DNA of 64,000 nucleotides from Thermoplasmata archaeon (GCA_027315455.1 DAHUXZ010000002.1:35536-99535); one strand, 5' to 3'. Positions 19,032 through 28,389 are shown, numbered from the stretch's first letter. The notes: generated from the sequence alone by a model not told the origin. A program made the numbers and translations.

Positions 19032-19457
19032 ATGGAGCTGCTCCAGCGCCTGACCCGCCGCCAGCTCGACGCCCTGCGGGCGGTCGAGGCGGAGGAGACC
19101 CCGACCCGGGGCGCGGCCCTCAACGGCGTCGCCCGCCGGCTCGGGGTGAGCGCCCCCGCGGCGCTCGAGCATCTCGGTCCGCTCGAGCGGCTCGGTCTGA
19201 TCGAGCGGCGCCGGGGGAAGAGCCGCGTCTCCCCCCGGGGCCGGGGGTGCCTGACCGAGTACGGCCGGCACCATCGCGTCGCCGAGCGGCTGTTCGGACG
19301 GTTCGGCTTCTCCGCGGACGCGGCGTGCGGCGCGGCCCGGGAGGTCGACCTCGCGCTCTCCCACCGCACCGTCGAGCGGCTCTGTGCGGCCGAGGGTCAC
19401 CCCGCGGTCTGTCCGCACGGAGAGTCGATCCCCCCCTGCGGCCCCCGGAGGGGGTAG
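19032..19457 (+). CDS. DtxR/MntR-family metal-dependent transcriptional repressor
   Basis: N-terminal wHTH (LTRRQLDALRAV...VARRLGVSAPAALEHLGPLERLGLIER). The metal-binding/dimerisation region has HHRVAERLF...HRTVERL..CPHG. Confidence 0.75.
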   Translation: MELLQRLTRRQLDALRAVEAEETPTRGAALNGVARRLGVSAPAALEHLGPLERLGLIERRRGKSRVSPRGRGCLTEYGRHHRVAERLFGRFGFSADAACGAAREVDLALSHRTVERLCAAEGHPAVCPHGESIPPCGPRRG

Positions 19458-19463
19458 GCCGCG

Positions 19464-20387
19464 ATGTCGCTCTTGGACTTCTTGTTCTCCCCGCCGGCCG
19501 GGCTGACGCTCGTCGAGATCCTCGCGCTCGCCGCGATCCTGGGCCTCCTCCACGGGATCACGCCCGACGAGCACACCTGGCCCATCACGTTCAGCTACGC
19601 CATCGGGAGCTACTCGACCCGGGGCGGGATGCGCTCGGGATTCGTCTTCTCGGCGGGCTTCACGGCACAGCGGGCCGTGCTCACGACGCTCGGCTACCTC
19701 GGACTCGCCAGCGTTCTGCTCGCCACGCACCTCGACGGGGTCATCTACCTCCTGGTGGGGGCGCTCATGTTCATCGCCGGTTCCTATATCCTGCACGGCC
19801 GCTATCTCCACCTCCCGCTCGACCGCCTCTTCGGCGGCCGGGAGCACCACAGCGGGCGTGCCGAGCGCCGGCCGGGGGACGAAGACACCCCCCGCCCGGT
19901 CAGCCTGCGCATGGCGCTCGGCCACGGCTTCATCGCCGGCTGGGGGATCGGAGGCTACGCCGCGATCCTCGTCTTCGTCCTGGCTCCGCGCGTCAGCTCG
20001 ATCCTGCTCGCTCCCCTCGTCGGAGTGGCCTTCGGTCTCGGGACGATGGCGATGCAGGTGATCCTCGGGGCGGTCTTCGCGAGCCTCATCCGTCGCGGTC
20101 GCATGACATCGGACCAGGTCCGTTTCATCGGCCAGAAGACCGCCGGGCGGACCCTGTATTTCGGGGGATTCGCGTTCGTGGCGATCGGGGCCGTCGTCAC
20201 CGCGTTCCCGGCCCTCCTCGCCGCGGGCCTTTCGACCGGCACCTCGATCCCGAACCTCGATTTCATCGGGGTCGCTTTCCTCCTCATCATCGTGGTCGTG
20301 GGGGTCATCGGCGGTTGGAGCCTTCTCATGGCCTACCGCGAGAGCCGGCGGATGGGCCACAGCGCTTCGTCCGAACGGCCCGTGTGA
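19464..20387 (+). CDS. polytopic membrane protein, putative divalent-metal transporter
   Basis: Starts 7 nt after the repressor gene. About 6-8 hydrophobic helices. TM1 carries LLHGITPDEHTWPITF, an H-x4-D-x-H pattern reminiscent of the NiCoT-type HX4DH signature. Confidence 0.55.
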   Translation: MSLLDFLFSPPAGLTLVEILALAAILGLLHGITPDEHTWPITFSYAIGSYSTRGGMRSGFVFSAGFTAQRAVLTTLGYLGLASVLLATHLDGVIYLLVGALMFIAGSYILHGRYLHLPLDRLFGGREHHSGRAERRPGDEDTPRPVSLRMALGHGFIAGWGIGGYAAILVFVLAPRVSSILLAPLVGVAFGLGTMAMQVILGAVFASLIRRGRMTSDQVRFIGQKTAGRTLYFGGFAFVAIGAVVTAFPALLAAGLSTGTSIPNLDFIGVAFLLIIVVVGVIGGWSLLMAYRESRRMGHSASSERPV

Positions 20388-20556
20388 CCGGGCCCGCCGC
20401 GCGCTGCGGGGGCCGGCGTGGACCACGCGGGGGGACGTGCGTCGACGCGGCACGCGTCCGCCCGACACGGGGTCTGCCCATGCGACGTCGGCCGTGCGGC
20501 TCCCCTCTCCCGCGTCGGGAACGGTGCCGCGGGGGGGAGGGCAAGGTTTCGCGCAG

Positions 20557-21108
20557 CTACCGCGGCCTTCCCGCGGCCGGCCGAGGGGCAGCGGTTCCCC
20601 CGGGCCGGCGCAAGGGGGCGGGCGGTGGGCGAAGGGAAAGGGCCAGGTAGACGGCGCCGGGGATGGGGTTGTACCGGTACGGGCGGACCGCGCGGAACCC
20701 GAAGCTCGCGTACACGCTTAGGGCGGAACGCATGCTGCCGAGCGTGTCCAGGAGCATCCGCCGGTACCCCGCCCGCTCCGCCGCGCGCACCGTGGCCGAG
20801 ACGAGCCGTCGGCCGATCCCCAGATCCCGGTATCGGGGACGGACGTAGAGCCGCTTCATCTCGCACCGCGACCCGTCGAACCGCCGCAGGGCGACGCACC
20901 CCACCGCCCGTCGCCCGACCCAGGCGAGCCAGAGACCGCCCGAGGGAGGGACGAACTTTCCGGGCAGCCCCCTCATCTCCTCGTCGAACCCCTGGAAACA
21001 GAGGTCTACGGCGAGGGAGCGCGCGTACTCCTCGATGAGCCGTCGCGCCTGCCGTACGTCCCGCGGACCCCGGATGCGCGCGATCCGCACGTGCGCGGCT
21101 CTCGGCAT
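20557..21108 (-). CDS. GNAT-family N-acetyltransferase
   Basis: ATG 21108 gives a 183-aa protein. The acetyl-CoA motif is LYVRPRYRDLGIGRRLVSATVRAAERAGYRRMLLDT. The upstream part of ORF 20557..21873 is junk. Confidence 0.75.
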   Translation of the reverse strand: MPRAAHVRIARIRGPRDVRQARRLIEEYARSLAVDLCFQGFDEEMRGLPGKFVPPSGGLWLAWVGRRAVGCVALRRFDGSRCEMKRLYVRPRYRDLGIGRRLVSATVRAAERAGYRRMLLDTLGSMRSALSVYASFGFRAVRPYRYNPIPGAVYLALSLRPPPAPLRRPGGTAAPRPAAGRPR

Positions 21109-21188
21109 GCCCAGCCGACCGGACGCACGCGCAAAAGTCCTGCGGGGCGAACCGACCCGGGCCGGGCCCCACGGGCCGCCGGCCGAGG

Positions 21189-21920
21189 TCAGAAGGTGTT
21201 GAACGAGAAGAGCAGCGGGAAGAACAGTACCGCCACGCTCACGGTGACGACCACGACCGCGAGCGCGCCCCCGGTGCGAGGGGACGCGAGCTCGCGCGCC
21301 GGGCGGTAGGCGAGATGGAACAGGACCGCCGCCACGACGAGCAGCCCCACCTCGACCCCGTAGGGGAGCGGGAACTGGGCCAGGGTCGCCGGGGCGAAGA
21401 ACGGGAACGTCCCGCCGTCGACCGCGATGTGGGTCACCACGGCGCCGGCTCCGAGCAAGGCCGCCGGCCGACCCTCGATCGCGTAGAGGAACAGCGTCAC
21501 GAGGACCAGGAAGAACACGTCGTGCGCCTGGCGCCCGACCACGTAGGGAAGGAAGGAGCCGAAGATGTGGTCGATGTCGATCCCCAGGGAGAGGAGCGGA
21601 GCGAGGAGGTAGGCGAGGCGTCGGCGCAACGGCAGGACGAGGACGAAGGCGGTGAGGAGGTGCCATATCGCGTCGAGCCCGCTCTTCCCTCCGCTCGGCA
21701 CCTGGCCGGAGAGGAGGGGGTCGCCGAGCCCGACGGATACCGCGATCGCGGCCGCGGAGAACGCGACGACGGCCCCCAGGTAGAGGATCGTCGTCGCGAC
21801 CGCGTCCCGCCGGCCGAACGGACGGCCGCCCCGGCGCAGTAGCCCCGGCCAGCGGTCGAGCCGCTCCGCCCACGGTGTCGGAGGCGGTCCGGTGGCAGGA
21901 ACGGTCGGCGCCGCGGCCAC
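21189..21920 (-). CDS. membrane-bound metal-dependent hydrolase-like protein (DUF457/YdjM-like)
   Basis: Multipass membrane protein with LSLGIDIDHIFG and HIAVDG His/Asp motifs typical of DUF457. Confidence 0.5.
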   Translation of the reverse strand: MAAAPTVPATGPPPTPWAERLDRWPGLLRRGGRPFGRRDAVATTILYLGAVVAFSAAAIAVSVGLGDPLLSGQVPSGGKSGLDAIWHLLTAFVLVLPLRRRLAYLLAPLLSLGIDIDHIFGSFLPYVVGRQAHDVFFLVLVTLFLYAIEGRPAALLGAGAVVTHIAVDGGTFPFFAPATLAQFPLPYGVEVGLLVVAAVLFHLAYRPARELASPRTGGALAVVVVTVSVAVLFFPLLFSFNTF

Positions 21921-21983
21921 GGGTCGGTTCTCCGCGGGGGACTCTTAACCCCTACCCGGCCGCGCCCGGCGCCGCCGGCCGGG

Positions 21984-24797
21984 TCACTTGATCCGCTCGA
22001 GGGAGAACGAGCCGATGACGAGCGACTTCGGCGTCGCCCGCACCTCGATCCACTCGCGGGTCTGGACGTCGTCGACCCCCGCCACGGAGAGGAACGTCTT
22101 GTCCCCCTCCTGCTTGAAGCGGATCGCGCCGTCCATCCGGGTGAGGATCTGCTCGACCCGGGCCTCGGGTAGCGCCCCCGCCTCGAGGGTGTACATCGCG
22201 ACCGCGCGGCGGGGCTTGAGGATGCCGACGAAGTTCTGGAGGAAGACGAACCCGGCCCGCTCCTCGGCATGGGCGAGCGACGAGGAGAGACCGAAGAATC
22301 CCACCCGCAGCGGGGCCGAGGCGGGGGCGGCCCCTTTCTCCCCCCGACCCGACTCGAGGCGCTTCGCGGCGCTGACCAGCGCGGAGAGGATGCCCGGGTG
22401 GTCGTCGGGACTCTTGACGACGGTCACGTTGGGATGGCCATCGGGTCGGGCGCCATCCGGCGAGGTCCGCGAGGCGTCGATCCACTGTACCTTCCCCTTC
22501 TGCTCGAACTCGCGGAAGGCGGGAAGGACCTCGCCGATCTGCTGGCTCAGCTCTTCGGGGGAACGGGACGCCGTGACGATGATCGCCGGCTCCCCCCGCT
22601 TCAGCCCTTCGGCGAGGAACCCGTGGAGGACGACCTCCTTGCCCACGAACGGGGCTCCGACGAGCATGAGATGGCCGCGCGGCGGGATCCCGCCGGCGAG
22701 GAGGTCGTCCAGCCGGGGGGTCCCCGTCGGCGCACGGTCCGCGTGCTTGCGGGCGACCGGCTGGGCGAACAAGAAGTCCGGCCGGGCCTCCTCCGTCCCG
22801 CCCGCGGGCGACTTCCCCGCCAGGGCGAGCCGGTCCTCCCGGGCGTCGAGCGCCTTCCCGCGCTCGGCGAGGCTGCGCTGGATGCGGTCGAGGCCGGTGC
22901 GCTGGGTCGAGAGCTGCTCCTCCCGTTGCTTGAGCTGGGTCTCGACCAGCTTGAGACCGGAGGAGACGCGGTCGAGCTCGGCGCTGCGGGAAGCGAGCTC
23001 GAGGTCGCGCTTCTCGACGGCCGCGGCCCGTTCCTCGAAGCGCCGGACCGCCTCCTCGTACTGGTTGCGGCGGCTCTCGCCGAGGTCGAACCGGTCCTTG
23101 GCGTCCGTCTCCCGCTGGCGGAGCCCCGTCTCCCGCGTGTCCACGTCCGACTGGCGCTTCGCGAGCTCCCCTTCCCGCCGCAGGATATCCTGGAGCGAGT
23201 CCTGGAGCTGTCGGGACCGGCGTCCTAGGGTCGCGTTCTGCTCGTCGAGCGCGAGCTTGAGCTGGTTGAGCTGTGCCTCGCGCCGCTCGACGTCCGCCGA
23301 AGGGCTGGCCCCGGCGGCCGGCATGGCGGCCGGCGCGGCCGCCCGCGTCCGCAGTTCGCTCTCCTTCTGGAAAAGCTCCGCCGTCCGTCGGTCGAGCTCC
23401 TGGCGCCGCTTCTCGAGGTTCGCCTCGCTCTCGGGAACCCCCTGGAGTCGGCGCTCGAGCTCCTGCTCGCGCCGAAGGAGGTCGACCTCCTTCTGGCGGC
23501 CTTCGGACTCCCGGCGGGAGAGATGCTGCTCGCGCTCGGCGAGCTTGGGGAGGCGATCGGTCAGCTCCTGCTCCCGGAGGGCGAGCGTGGTCTCCCGGTC
23601 CCCGACCTGGTGCTGCTGGCCGATGACGGAGGCCTTCGTCGCCTGGAACGCCTGTTCCTTCTCGGCGAGCGCTTCCTGGCGCGCCCGCAGGTCGGTCTCG
23701 ACCTGGTCGAGCTGACCCTTGAGGAGCTCGTGCGCCTCCTGTCGGCGCCGAAGGCCCGCTTCGGCATCGGAGAGGTCGATCTCCCGCTGATCGAGGGTCT
23801 TCTCACGGTAGGTGACCTTCTCCTCGCGCTGTCGGACCTCCTCGGCGACCTGGAAGATCTTCGTCTGGCCGGAGGTGATGATCTCCCGCTCGTGCACGCG
23901 GGTGCCCGAGGAGATGATGTGAAGGAACCCGCCCGAGATGAGGTAGAGGACGGCGCTCAGGGCGAGGGTGAGCGCGAGATTGTCGATCGCCAGCGACGGG
24001 GAGAGCGACGGGAGATACACCGCGAAGGCGAACGGGATCGGGAGGATCGAAGCGAGGACGCTCACGACCTTGCGCTGCGGCCAGCCCGGCCAGGTGAGTG
24101 CCAGCGCCACGAGGGAGCTGGTGAGGCCGAGGAGCACGAACGGGTAGAACCACGGGACGAGCTCCCAGTGCGCCGTCGGACCGAAGTGGAGGAGGGACGC
24201 GAAATAGACGTAGCCCACGCCGGCGTTGTAGACGACCGCCAGCACCGTGGCCCAGAAGTGACCCTCCCAGGGCCACAGCTGGTAGACCTCCCACTTGACG
24301 CGCAGGCCAAAGACCGAGAGGTAGATCCCGCCGACGATGGGGAAGAGAAGGAAGAACGTCGACTTGAGCGCTGCCGGGGCGACGGCCACGAGGTCCGGCT
24401 GGAAGAACAGGACCAGCGCGATATCGGTCAGAAAGGCCGCCGCGACGATGATCGTGTAGTAGTGCGCCGCCTGGCCGATGCGCAGCTGGAGGAGGGCGTC
24501 CTCCTTCGCCACGTCGAGGTCGTGCTCCGTCGGGACCCGGACCCCGTGGGCACCGGGGCCCTTCGCCACGGCCCGCGCCACCGCCTTCGGTGGGGTGGCC
24601 ACCGCCGTGGCCCCCCCGCTCGTACCCCTCGATCGTGCCACGGGAAACCCCTTGGCGACATGAACAGGGTCGGGTCGCTTACTTAATCGCTCGCTTTGGC
24701 CCGACGCCACCAACGCCGCGGCGCACTCCCGACCTCGCACGGGCCGGGCCCCCGAACGGGGGAGGGCGGCCGGTCCCGAGCGCCGCTGCCGGATCAC
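21984..24797 (-). CDS. multipass membrane / long coiled-coil / KaiC-RadA-like (COG0467) ATPase-domain protein
   Basis: Three modules can be read from the translation (see finding). The C-terminal domain has PRLDDLLAGGIPPRGHLMLVGAPFVGKEVV and VQWIDAS. The true start may be the in-frame GTG at 24641, downstream of the AT-rich box at 24680-24688. Confidence 0.7.
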   Translation of the reverse strand: MIRQRRSGPAALPRSGARPVRGRECAAALVASGQSERLSKRPDPVHVAKGFPVARSRGTSGGATAVATPPKAVARAVAKGPGAHGVRVPTEHDLDVAKEDALLQLRIGQAAHYYTIIVAAAFLTDIALVLFFQPDLVAVAPAALKSTFFLLFPIVGGIYLSVFGLRVKWEVYQLWPWEGHFWATVLAVVYNAGVGYVYFASLLHFGPTAHWELVPWFYPFVLLGLTSSLVALALTWPGWPQRKVVSVLASILPIPFAFAVYLPSLSPSLAIDNLALTLALSAVLYLISGGFLHIISSGTRVHEREIITSGQTKIFQVAEEVRQREEKVTYREKTLDQREIDLSDAEAGLRRRQEAHELLKGQLDQVETDLRARQEALAEKEQAFQATKASVIGQQHQVGDRETTLALREQELTDRLPKLAEREQHLSRRESEGRQKEVDLLRREQELERRLQGVPESEANLEKRRQELDRRTAELFQKESELRTRAAAPAAMPAAGASPSADVERREAQLNQLKLALDEQNATLGRRSRQLQDSLQDILRREGELAKRQSDVDTRETGLRQRETDAKDRFDLGESRRNQYEEAVRRFEERAAAVEKRDLELASRSAELDRVSSGLKLVETQLKQREEQLSTQRTGLDRIQRSLAERGKALDAREDRLALAGKSPAGGTEEARPDFLFAQPVARKHADRAPTGTPRLDDLLAGGIPPRGHLMLVGAPFVGKEVVLHGFLAEGLKRGEPAIIVTASRSPEELSQQIGEVLPAFREFEQKGKVQWIDASRTSPDGARPDGHPNVTVVKSPDDHPGILSALVSAAKRLESGRGEKGAAPASAPLRVGFFGLSSSLAHAEERAGFVFLQNFVGILKPRRAVAMYTLEAGALPEARVEQILTRMDGAIRFKQEGDKTFLSVAGVDDVQTREWIEVRATPKSLVIGSFSLERIK

Positions 24798-24860
24798 GGC
24801 GAATGCGGCGGGACCGGGCCGGGGCGCGCCCGTGGCCGGTCGAGCGCCGCCGCCCGGACT

Positions 24861-25787
24861 CTACCGGCCTCGCTCCGCCGCGACCAGTACCGCGGCGGCC
24901 GGTCGCCGGTGGACCTCGAGGCCCCCGAGCGCCTCTTCCAGCTCGAGGAGATGCCGCCAGGCAGCGGGCTCGGTGCGCACCGCCGCGATGCGGATCGGGT
25001 CCGCCCCGAGCGCGGGCGCGACGGCCAGGGCGTCCCGCACCGTGAATCCGCCCTGAACGAGCCGTTCGTCGATCTCGCCCGGGGCGAACCGCCGGAAGCC
25101 GTGGTCCCGCGACAACGGCGGCTCGAGGCGGAACCCCTCCCGTTCGACCCGGGCGCGGACTAGGTTCAAGGGGGCGGCGAGCGTCCGGCGGACCGCGCCC
25201 GGGGGAAGGCGGGCGAAGTAGCGCGCCCGCTCGCCCCGTCCCGCCACGTACTCCAGGAGGAGCCGGCCTCCCGGAGCGACGAGCGGGAGGACGCTGTCGA
25301 GGAACCGCTCGGCCTCGAGCCCCGAGAAGCCGAGCGGGTTGCCCAGCGCGACGACCTCCCCGAAGCTGCCGAGGCGAAGCGGCGGTCGGGCGGCATCCGC
25401 CCTCAGGAACCGGTACGCCCCCGACCGCACGGGGTCCTTCGACAGCCGCGCGGTGGCCGACCGGAGCATGCCGGTCGACAGGTCGAGCAGGAGCACTCGC
25501 GACGAGGGACCGCCGACCCTCGGGGTGAAGCGCCCCGGTCCGCTCCCGACATCGACGGCCCAGGGCGAGTCGAGGCCGTGGCGGGCGAGGAACCGCTCGC
25601 GGAGCTCGCGGAACAGGTCGCGCTGCGCCGTCCCTTCGTAGCGCAGCCACTCGCGCTCGACCCGGTAGGCGTCGGCGGCCAGGAACCGCTCCCGAGCCGC
25701 GGGTGGGCCGCCTCCCGCGCCGGGAGGGCGATGCGGGGCCCGGGGTCGCGACCGCGGCCGCCGTTGTCGCCCGTCGCCGCCGGCCAC
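24861..25787 (-). CDS. class I SAM-dependent methyltransferase
   Basis: Motif I VDVGSGPGRF, post-I LLLDLSTGML, and GGRLLLEY. The start (GTG 25787) is uncertain. Confidence 0.65.
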   Translation of the reverse strand: MAGGDGRQRRPRSRPRAPHRPPGAGGGPPAARERFLAADAYRVEREWLRYEGTAQRDLFRELRERFLARHGLDSPWAVDVGSGPGRFTPRVGGPSSRVLLLDLSTGMLRSATARLSKDPVRSGAYRFLRADAARPPLRLGSFGEVVALGNPLGFSGLEAERFLDSVLPLVAPGGRLLLEYVAGRGERARYFARLPPGAVRRTLAAPLNLVRARVEREGFRLEPPLSRDHGFRRFAPGEIDERLVQGGFTVRDALAVAPALGADPIRIAAVRTEPAAWRHLLELEEALGGLEVHRRPAAAVLVAAERGR

Positions 25788-25858
25788 GACCGGTCGGAAC
25801 GGCCCCTGCGGATAGCCGTATTGGCGGCGGTGGAAGGCGGGGGGGCCCCCCGGAGCCC

Positions 25859-25866
25859 TTTATATA
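25859..25866 (+). promoter_or_regulatory. TATA box (TTTATATA)
   Basis: Strong TATA box 25 nt upstream of ATG 25884. Confidence 0.55.
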
Positions 25867-25883
25867 CCCACAGCCTACCGAAG

Positions 25884-26039
25884 ATGAGGTCCTCGATGCC
25901 CTACTACGAGTGTCCGAAGTGCGGCGGCGGTTACGTGATCGATGTGCCGCCCAGTGCCCGTCCGCTCTGCGACCGGGACGGCGCGCGTCTCAAGAAGACG
26001 AGCGACGCCTCCTACGAGCGGAACGCGCGCGAGGACTGA
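25884..26039 (+). CDS. small zinc-ribbon protein (51 aa)
   Basis: MRSSMPYYECPKCGGGYVIDVPPSARPLCDRDGARLKK has a CPxC ... C motif. It has its own TATA box. It is only visible as the tail of ORF 25578..26039. Confidence 0.55.
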   Translation: MRSSMPYYECPKCGGGYVIDVPPSARPLCDRDGARLKKTSDASYERNARED

Positions 26040-26096
26040 GCCCGCCGGACGGGACCGTTCCCGGAGGCGCCCGATCGCTCCCCCGGCCCGCGGCCC

Positions 26097-27653
26097 CTAT
26101 TCCTCGGGAGGGCGCGGGGCCCGACGGCGTCGCGCCACCACGACCGCGATGGCCGCCAGGGCGATCGCCCCCGCGGCGGTCGACAGGACCAGGTAGGTGA
26201 GGTTCGCCCCGCCGAAGGGACCGGGGCCGTTCGCGGGCACCCCGGTGAAGTTGATCCAGTCGGCGGAGCCCTGGCCGTGGACCGTGATCGAGCCGTTCGC
26301 CGGGAACGCCGCGAACCCCGAAGGGGCGATCACCCGGAAGTCGAACGTGCCGTTCGGCATCTGGAAGCGGACGGACGCGTTCGAGGTCTTCAGGACCGAG
26401 CCGTTGAGGTCGACCGACCAAGAGGCCGTCGGGGGGTCGCCGAGCTCGAGGAAGGCGATCGTGTAGGTGACCTCGGACCACGCCAGCACGGTTCCGTTCG
26501 CGGTCCCCGAAACCGAAAGGGTTCCCCGATACGCCGGCAGGGCGTAGCCGGAGATGCCGTAGACCGTGTAGGCATGGCTGCCGTTGTCCGCGGAGAAGCG
26601 CACCGTCGCGTTGGTCGACGCCCGTGCCTCGCCGCTGAAGTTCACCGTCCAGAGCGTTCCGGTCGGGAGGCCGGTCTCGGTGAAGGTGACGGGGAAGGTC
26701 GCCACCGTGAAGACCACCAGCTGGGCGACGACGCTCCCCTGGATGACGAGCACACCGGAGCGGGGGAGCTCCCAGTAGCCGGGCAGGTATCCGACGGCGA
26801 AGTAGTAGGTCCCGTTCCCAAGGTGGCAGATGACCGAGGGGGTATCGCTGTAGTTCGTCGAGCCGTTCACGGTCACCGACCAGTTCGTCCCGGCCGGTAG
26901 CCCGTTCTCCGTGAAATCGATCCCGTAGCGGCCGACGTGGAACGTCAAGGCGATCCGAACGGGGCCCCCCGCGACGACGAAGCTTCCCGCGGAAGGGTCG
27001 ACCCCGTAGCTGCCCGGGCCGTTGACGGTGTACGAGTAACTGTCGTTACGCAGCGAGAGGGTGAGGTTCTGCCCCGAGAAGCGGAACGACTGCCAGCTCG
27101 CGGCGACGTCGTTCCAGCTGATCGCGACGGTCCACAGCGTCCCGCTGGGGTAGCCGACCGCCGAGAACGTCACCGGGTAGAGCGGCGCCGCGGAGAACGG
27201 GACCGCGACGCCAACCGGGGCCCCACGGACCGAAAAGCTGCCCTGCGCCGACTGCGCCAGGTACGCGGTCAGCGGCGGCACCGAGTAGGTGTAGGTCCCG
27301 TTCGCGAGGCTGATCGTCGCGTACTGGGTGTTGGAGCCCGCGCTGTCGAACGAACCCCCGGGGAGATAGATGGTGACGCTCCACGGCGTTCCGTAGGGCA
27401 GTCCCTGCTCGGCGAACGTCACCGTGTAGGTAAAGACGAGGGGGACCCGCGTCCCGCCCCCCGCGAACGGGGTACGAGCGGCTACCCCGGCACCGCTCGA
27501 AGGCGGTGGGGGGTGGACGGATAGGGACCGTAACACCGGGAGGGCGAGGTTCGGGCCCAGGCTCGCGAGCGCGCCGGAGAGGAGGAACAGAAGAGCGACG
27601 GCGACGCTGTTGAATCGAGCCCGGCGGAGGCCACGGCCTGTCGGGGGAACCAT
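26097..27653 (-). CDS. secreted/surface protein with five 'ExGLPxGTxW' beta-domain repeats and C-terminal TM anchor
   Basis: N-terminal signal/anchor (FNSVAVALLFLLSGALASL). Repeats: VTFAEQGLPYGTPWSV, VTFSAVGYPSGTLWTV, IDFTENGLPAGTNWSV, VTFTETGLPTGTLWTV, IAFLELGDPPTASWSV. The C-terminus is LVLSTAAGAIALAAIAVVVARRRR. It is a paralogue of 38001..40829. Confidence 0.75.
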   Translation of the reverse strand: MVPPTGRGLRRARFNSVAVALLFLLSGALASLGPNLALPVLRSLSVHPPPPSSGAGVAARTPFAGGGTRVPLVFTYTVTFAEQGLPYGTPWSVTIYLPGGSFDSAGSNTQYATISLANGTYTYSVPPLTAYLAQSAQGSFSVRGAPVGVAVPFSAAPLYPVTFSAVGYPSGTLWTVAISWNDVAASWQSFRFSGQNLTLSLRNDSYSYTVNGPGSYGVDPSAGSFVVAGGPVRIALTFHVGRYGIDFTENGLPAGTNWSVTVNGSTNYSDTPSVICHLGNGTYYFAVGYLPGYWELPRSGVLVIQGSVVAQLVVFTVATFPVTFTETGLPTGTLWTVNFSGEARASTNATVRFSADNGSHAYTVYGISGYALPAYRGTLSVSGTANGTVLAWSEVTYTIAFLELGDPPTASWSVDLNGSVLKTSNASVRFQMPNGTFDFRVIAPSGFAAFPANGSITVHGQGSADWINFTGVPANGPGPFGGANLTYLVLSTAAGAIALAAIAVVVARRRRAPRPPEE

Positions 27654-27758
27654 CTCCCGACGGGAAGGCGACCGCCCCCTTATCGGTTCGGTCCCGCCCG
27701 GCTGCGGGGAGGCGGTCGGGCGGCGGAACTCTCCCGGCCATCGGTCGTCGCAGGGGGC

Positions 27759-28265
27759 TCAGCGACGAGCGAGCGCGCCCGCCGTGCGACGGCGGCCGGT
27801 CCGAGCCGGGCGTCGGCCGCCCCGGGGAGCTGGGCGATCCGTTCGACGCGGCGGCCCTCGGTCGGCGACGCGCGAGCCCGCGGCTCGCCGGGACGTGGCG
27901 CGACGGATGAACCCGACGGGGGCGCCGAGCAGCCAGAAGATGTTGCCGTCCGGATCGAGGAACTTTGCCATCCGCTCCCCCGTCTCCTTCTGTGGGGGCT
28001 CGGTCAGCATGACCCCGCGTGCCGTCAGGCGCTGTACCGTGCCGGGAAGGTCATCGGTCATGAACGCGATCCCGGTGTTGCCGGGAGAGACCGGCTCGAA
28101 ACCCTCGCACAGGTGAAGGACGAACCGGTCTCCCGGCGGCGCCACCAACATCGCATGGTCCGCGCCGGGGAGGGTGTAGACCCGGAACCCGACCTTCTCC
28201 CGCCACCACGCCGCCGAGGCATTGCGGTCGGCGACACTCACTGCGACGTCCGCCAGTGCGAGCAT
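27759..28265 (-). CDS. VOC/glyoxalase-family protein
   Basis: VADRNASAAWWREKVGF...HLCEG...IAFMTDDL...FLDPDGNIFWL is typical of the vicinal oxygen chelate fold. The R-rich C-terminal tail is of doubtful significance. Confidence 0.65.
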   Translation of the reverse strand: MLALADVAVSVADRNASAAWWREKVGFRVYTLPGADHAMLVAPPGDRFVLHLCEGFEPVSPGNTGIAFMTDDLPGTVQRLTARGVMLTEPPQKETGERMAKFLDPDGNIFWLLGAPVGFIRRATSRRAAGSRVADRGPPRRTDRPAPRGGRRPARTGRRRTAGALARR

Positions 28266-28389
28266 GGGCCGTCCAGTCGTCCCTGGCAGATAACGCCGGT
28301 TCCGGCGGCCAGTTCAGAGCCCCCCTCCTGTGAAGGCGAACCTTTTTCCCCGGACGGCATAGACCTACTGGACGGAGCACGGCCCTCGC

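Noticed and set aside
27480-27653. C-terminal GPGPFGG...hydrophobic...RRRR of the repeat surface proteins considered as a PGF-CTERM/archaeosortase sorting signal.
   Set aside because: There is no exact PGF tripeptide and no archaeosortase gene in the window. A plain C-terminal TM anchor explains the sequence. This could be revisited with the TIGRFAM PGF-CTERM model.
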